Origin: Amphiscolops sp. MND2022
Taxonomy: Eukaryota
Direction: 5' to 3'
Assembly (NCBI GenBank): GCA_964187785.1
Contig: OZ076409.1
Span: forward strand, 15,750,001 to 15,814,000
DNA: 64,000 nt
Of this stretch, positions 62,603-64,000 are shown piece by piece. Every line of letters begins with the position of its first letter. The first letter of the stretch is position 1. The notes under the pieces were generated by a model. It was given only the letters and a program-made list of their open reading frames with translations, did no database searches and had not been told where the DNA came from. Made by a program: the position numbers and the translations under genes.

Positions 62603-63086
62603 AACAAGCCGGGAAAGGCCCAAGTCGGCGCCATATCCAAGGCTCAAAATTAGCAAAAGAACTTCAAAATTTCCAAGTTTTGGTGAATTGGGACTACTTT
62701 TATGGAAATTTTTTTCTGGAAAAAAGTCTCACAATGCCGAAAAAAACTAAAAGGGAGGACCCTTTGGGATTTTTCAACATCTATTTTGTTGCAAAACTCC
62801 AAAAAATTGAAGGGGGGACCCTTTCTTGGGGGAAAATTTTTTTGAAAAAAAGTCGCACAGTGCCGAAAAAATCTAAAGGGGGGACCTTTTGGTCTCGTCC
62901 GGTATTGTATGTTACGCGGGAAACCTTTTTGGTTCAGTTCCTTGGGCCAACAGGTACATTTTGGGGTCTTCTGAATTTTGTAGAACTTTTGGTAGAACTA
63001 TTTTGGTCAGTTCAGGTGGTCTTAAAAAACACTGACGAAAAGCCATGACTATAGTCGACTCTTTTCTTAAGAAAAGCGCCGACTAA
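62603..63086 (-). mobile_element. Complete HINE-like element (same family as 14498-14851)
   Basis: AACAAGCCGGGAAAGGCCCAAGTCGGCGCC ... AGCGCCGACTAA. Confidence 0.7.
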
Positions 63087-63417
63087 AAAATCAAAGGTAA
63101 AAATTAAAACGTCCCAAAAATCCGCACAGTTCCCAAAAATCAACAAATTTTTCTTATATTAAAATGAGTACGACAAAAATGAAAGAGAGGACCCTTTGAA
63201 TCATTTTGGTAATTTGTAGAACTGCTGTCGACTTATGATCACTTCGACCGCATTGAAAAATAAGAAATACCAGCTGGAAAAGCACTATAAAAGTTTCAAA
63301 AAGCACCGACTAAAAACAGTTTCAGAAAAACAGTATTCCTCACAATAGTAACTCAGTAAAATTTGGTTGAATTGTGTTGAGTTTCTGCCTAAAGTGATCA
63401 AATTCAAATACTTCAAA

Positions 63418-63516
63418 ATCAACGCTAGTGTACCAATATATAATCATATATTATAGATAATACAATCATTTTATAATCTATAATATAAGATTATATATTG
63501 GTACACTAGCGTTGAT
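63418..63516. repeat. Near-perfect palindrome, 41-bp arms with a 17-nt loop
   Basis: ATCAACGCTAGTGTACCAATATATAATC.. / ..GATTATATATTGGTACACTAGCGTTGAT, one mismatch. Confidence 0.9.
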
Positions 63517-64000
63517 GTTTAAGGTGTTTGATAGTGGAATCCAATGCACGCTTTCCAAAACTGCCGCCCACCGATTTCCACTGCAAAAATCCAAAATTGG
63601 ATGGCACTGTAATGATAAGAGAAAAGAGAAAAGTTAATTTTTCCAGATGTCATAAACAATAATTTATAATAAACACAAGACAAAAACATGAACATCCGAA
63701 ACGGACGAGGAATAAGCGTAATCGCTCTTCAAGTCTTCGCCCTCAAGTTCAGATAGGTTACTGATACCTCCTGTTACAGATAGTTCACTGATTATGCTCC
63801 GCAGTCGGCTCAACTATTAGTATTATATAACGTACCTTTTTTCAGAAATAGAGGAAAGAATTGGCATTCTTGGTGCAACTTCTTCGGAGTCATGGAGCAA
63901 TGATTGGGATCTCACCAAAGGGTACACAAAAGCGGGAGAAATACCTACTCCTGAGACTTGTTTCTGTACGAAGTATCCCGTGGATTCGTACGTTTTCCTG

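Noticed and set aside
63700..64000. Possible terminal exons of a minus-strand gene (GTACGT donor near 63835)
   Set aside because: One open frame and plausible splice sites, but truncated by the window edge with no recognisable domain.

Overview
Eukaryotic (animal-like), AT-rich, repeat-dominated DNA; no prokaryotic operons, CRISPR arrays or RNA genes are visible. Most of the window is LTR-retroelement material, and none of the copies retains reverse transcriptase. Element A (19621-28307) is young, with 741-bp near-identical LTRs. Its gag-pol is deleted, but it keeps a pol C-terminal tail with a TARG1/OARD1-like macrodomain and a reconstructed ~1363-aa extra ORF containing a degenerate SGNH-hydrolase-like domain. 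Element B (37800-46445) is a related, largely non-coding element with the same offset tRNA-Arg-like PBS and a coiled-coil/RGRP ORF. Element C (4583-15196) is a decayed Gypsy-like element whose gag starts inside the LTR and which carries an antisense, apparently intron-containing BED-finger/hAT-like gene. Also present: solo LTRs, two RTE-like LINE copies stacked at one site with ~50-bp duplications, a Tc1 remnant, Helentron-like non-autonomous elements, MITEs and a multi-kb foldback. Host genes are limited to a rhodopsin-class GPCR exon and two exons of an F-type lectin domain. All domain assignments were made by eye, not by database search.
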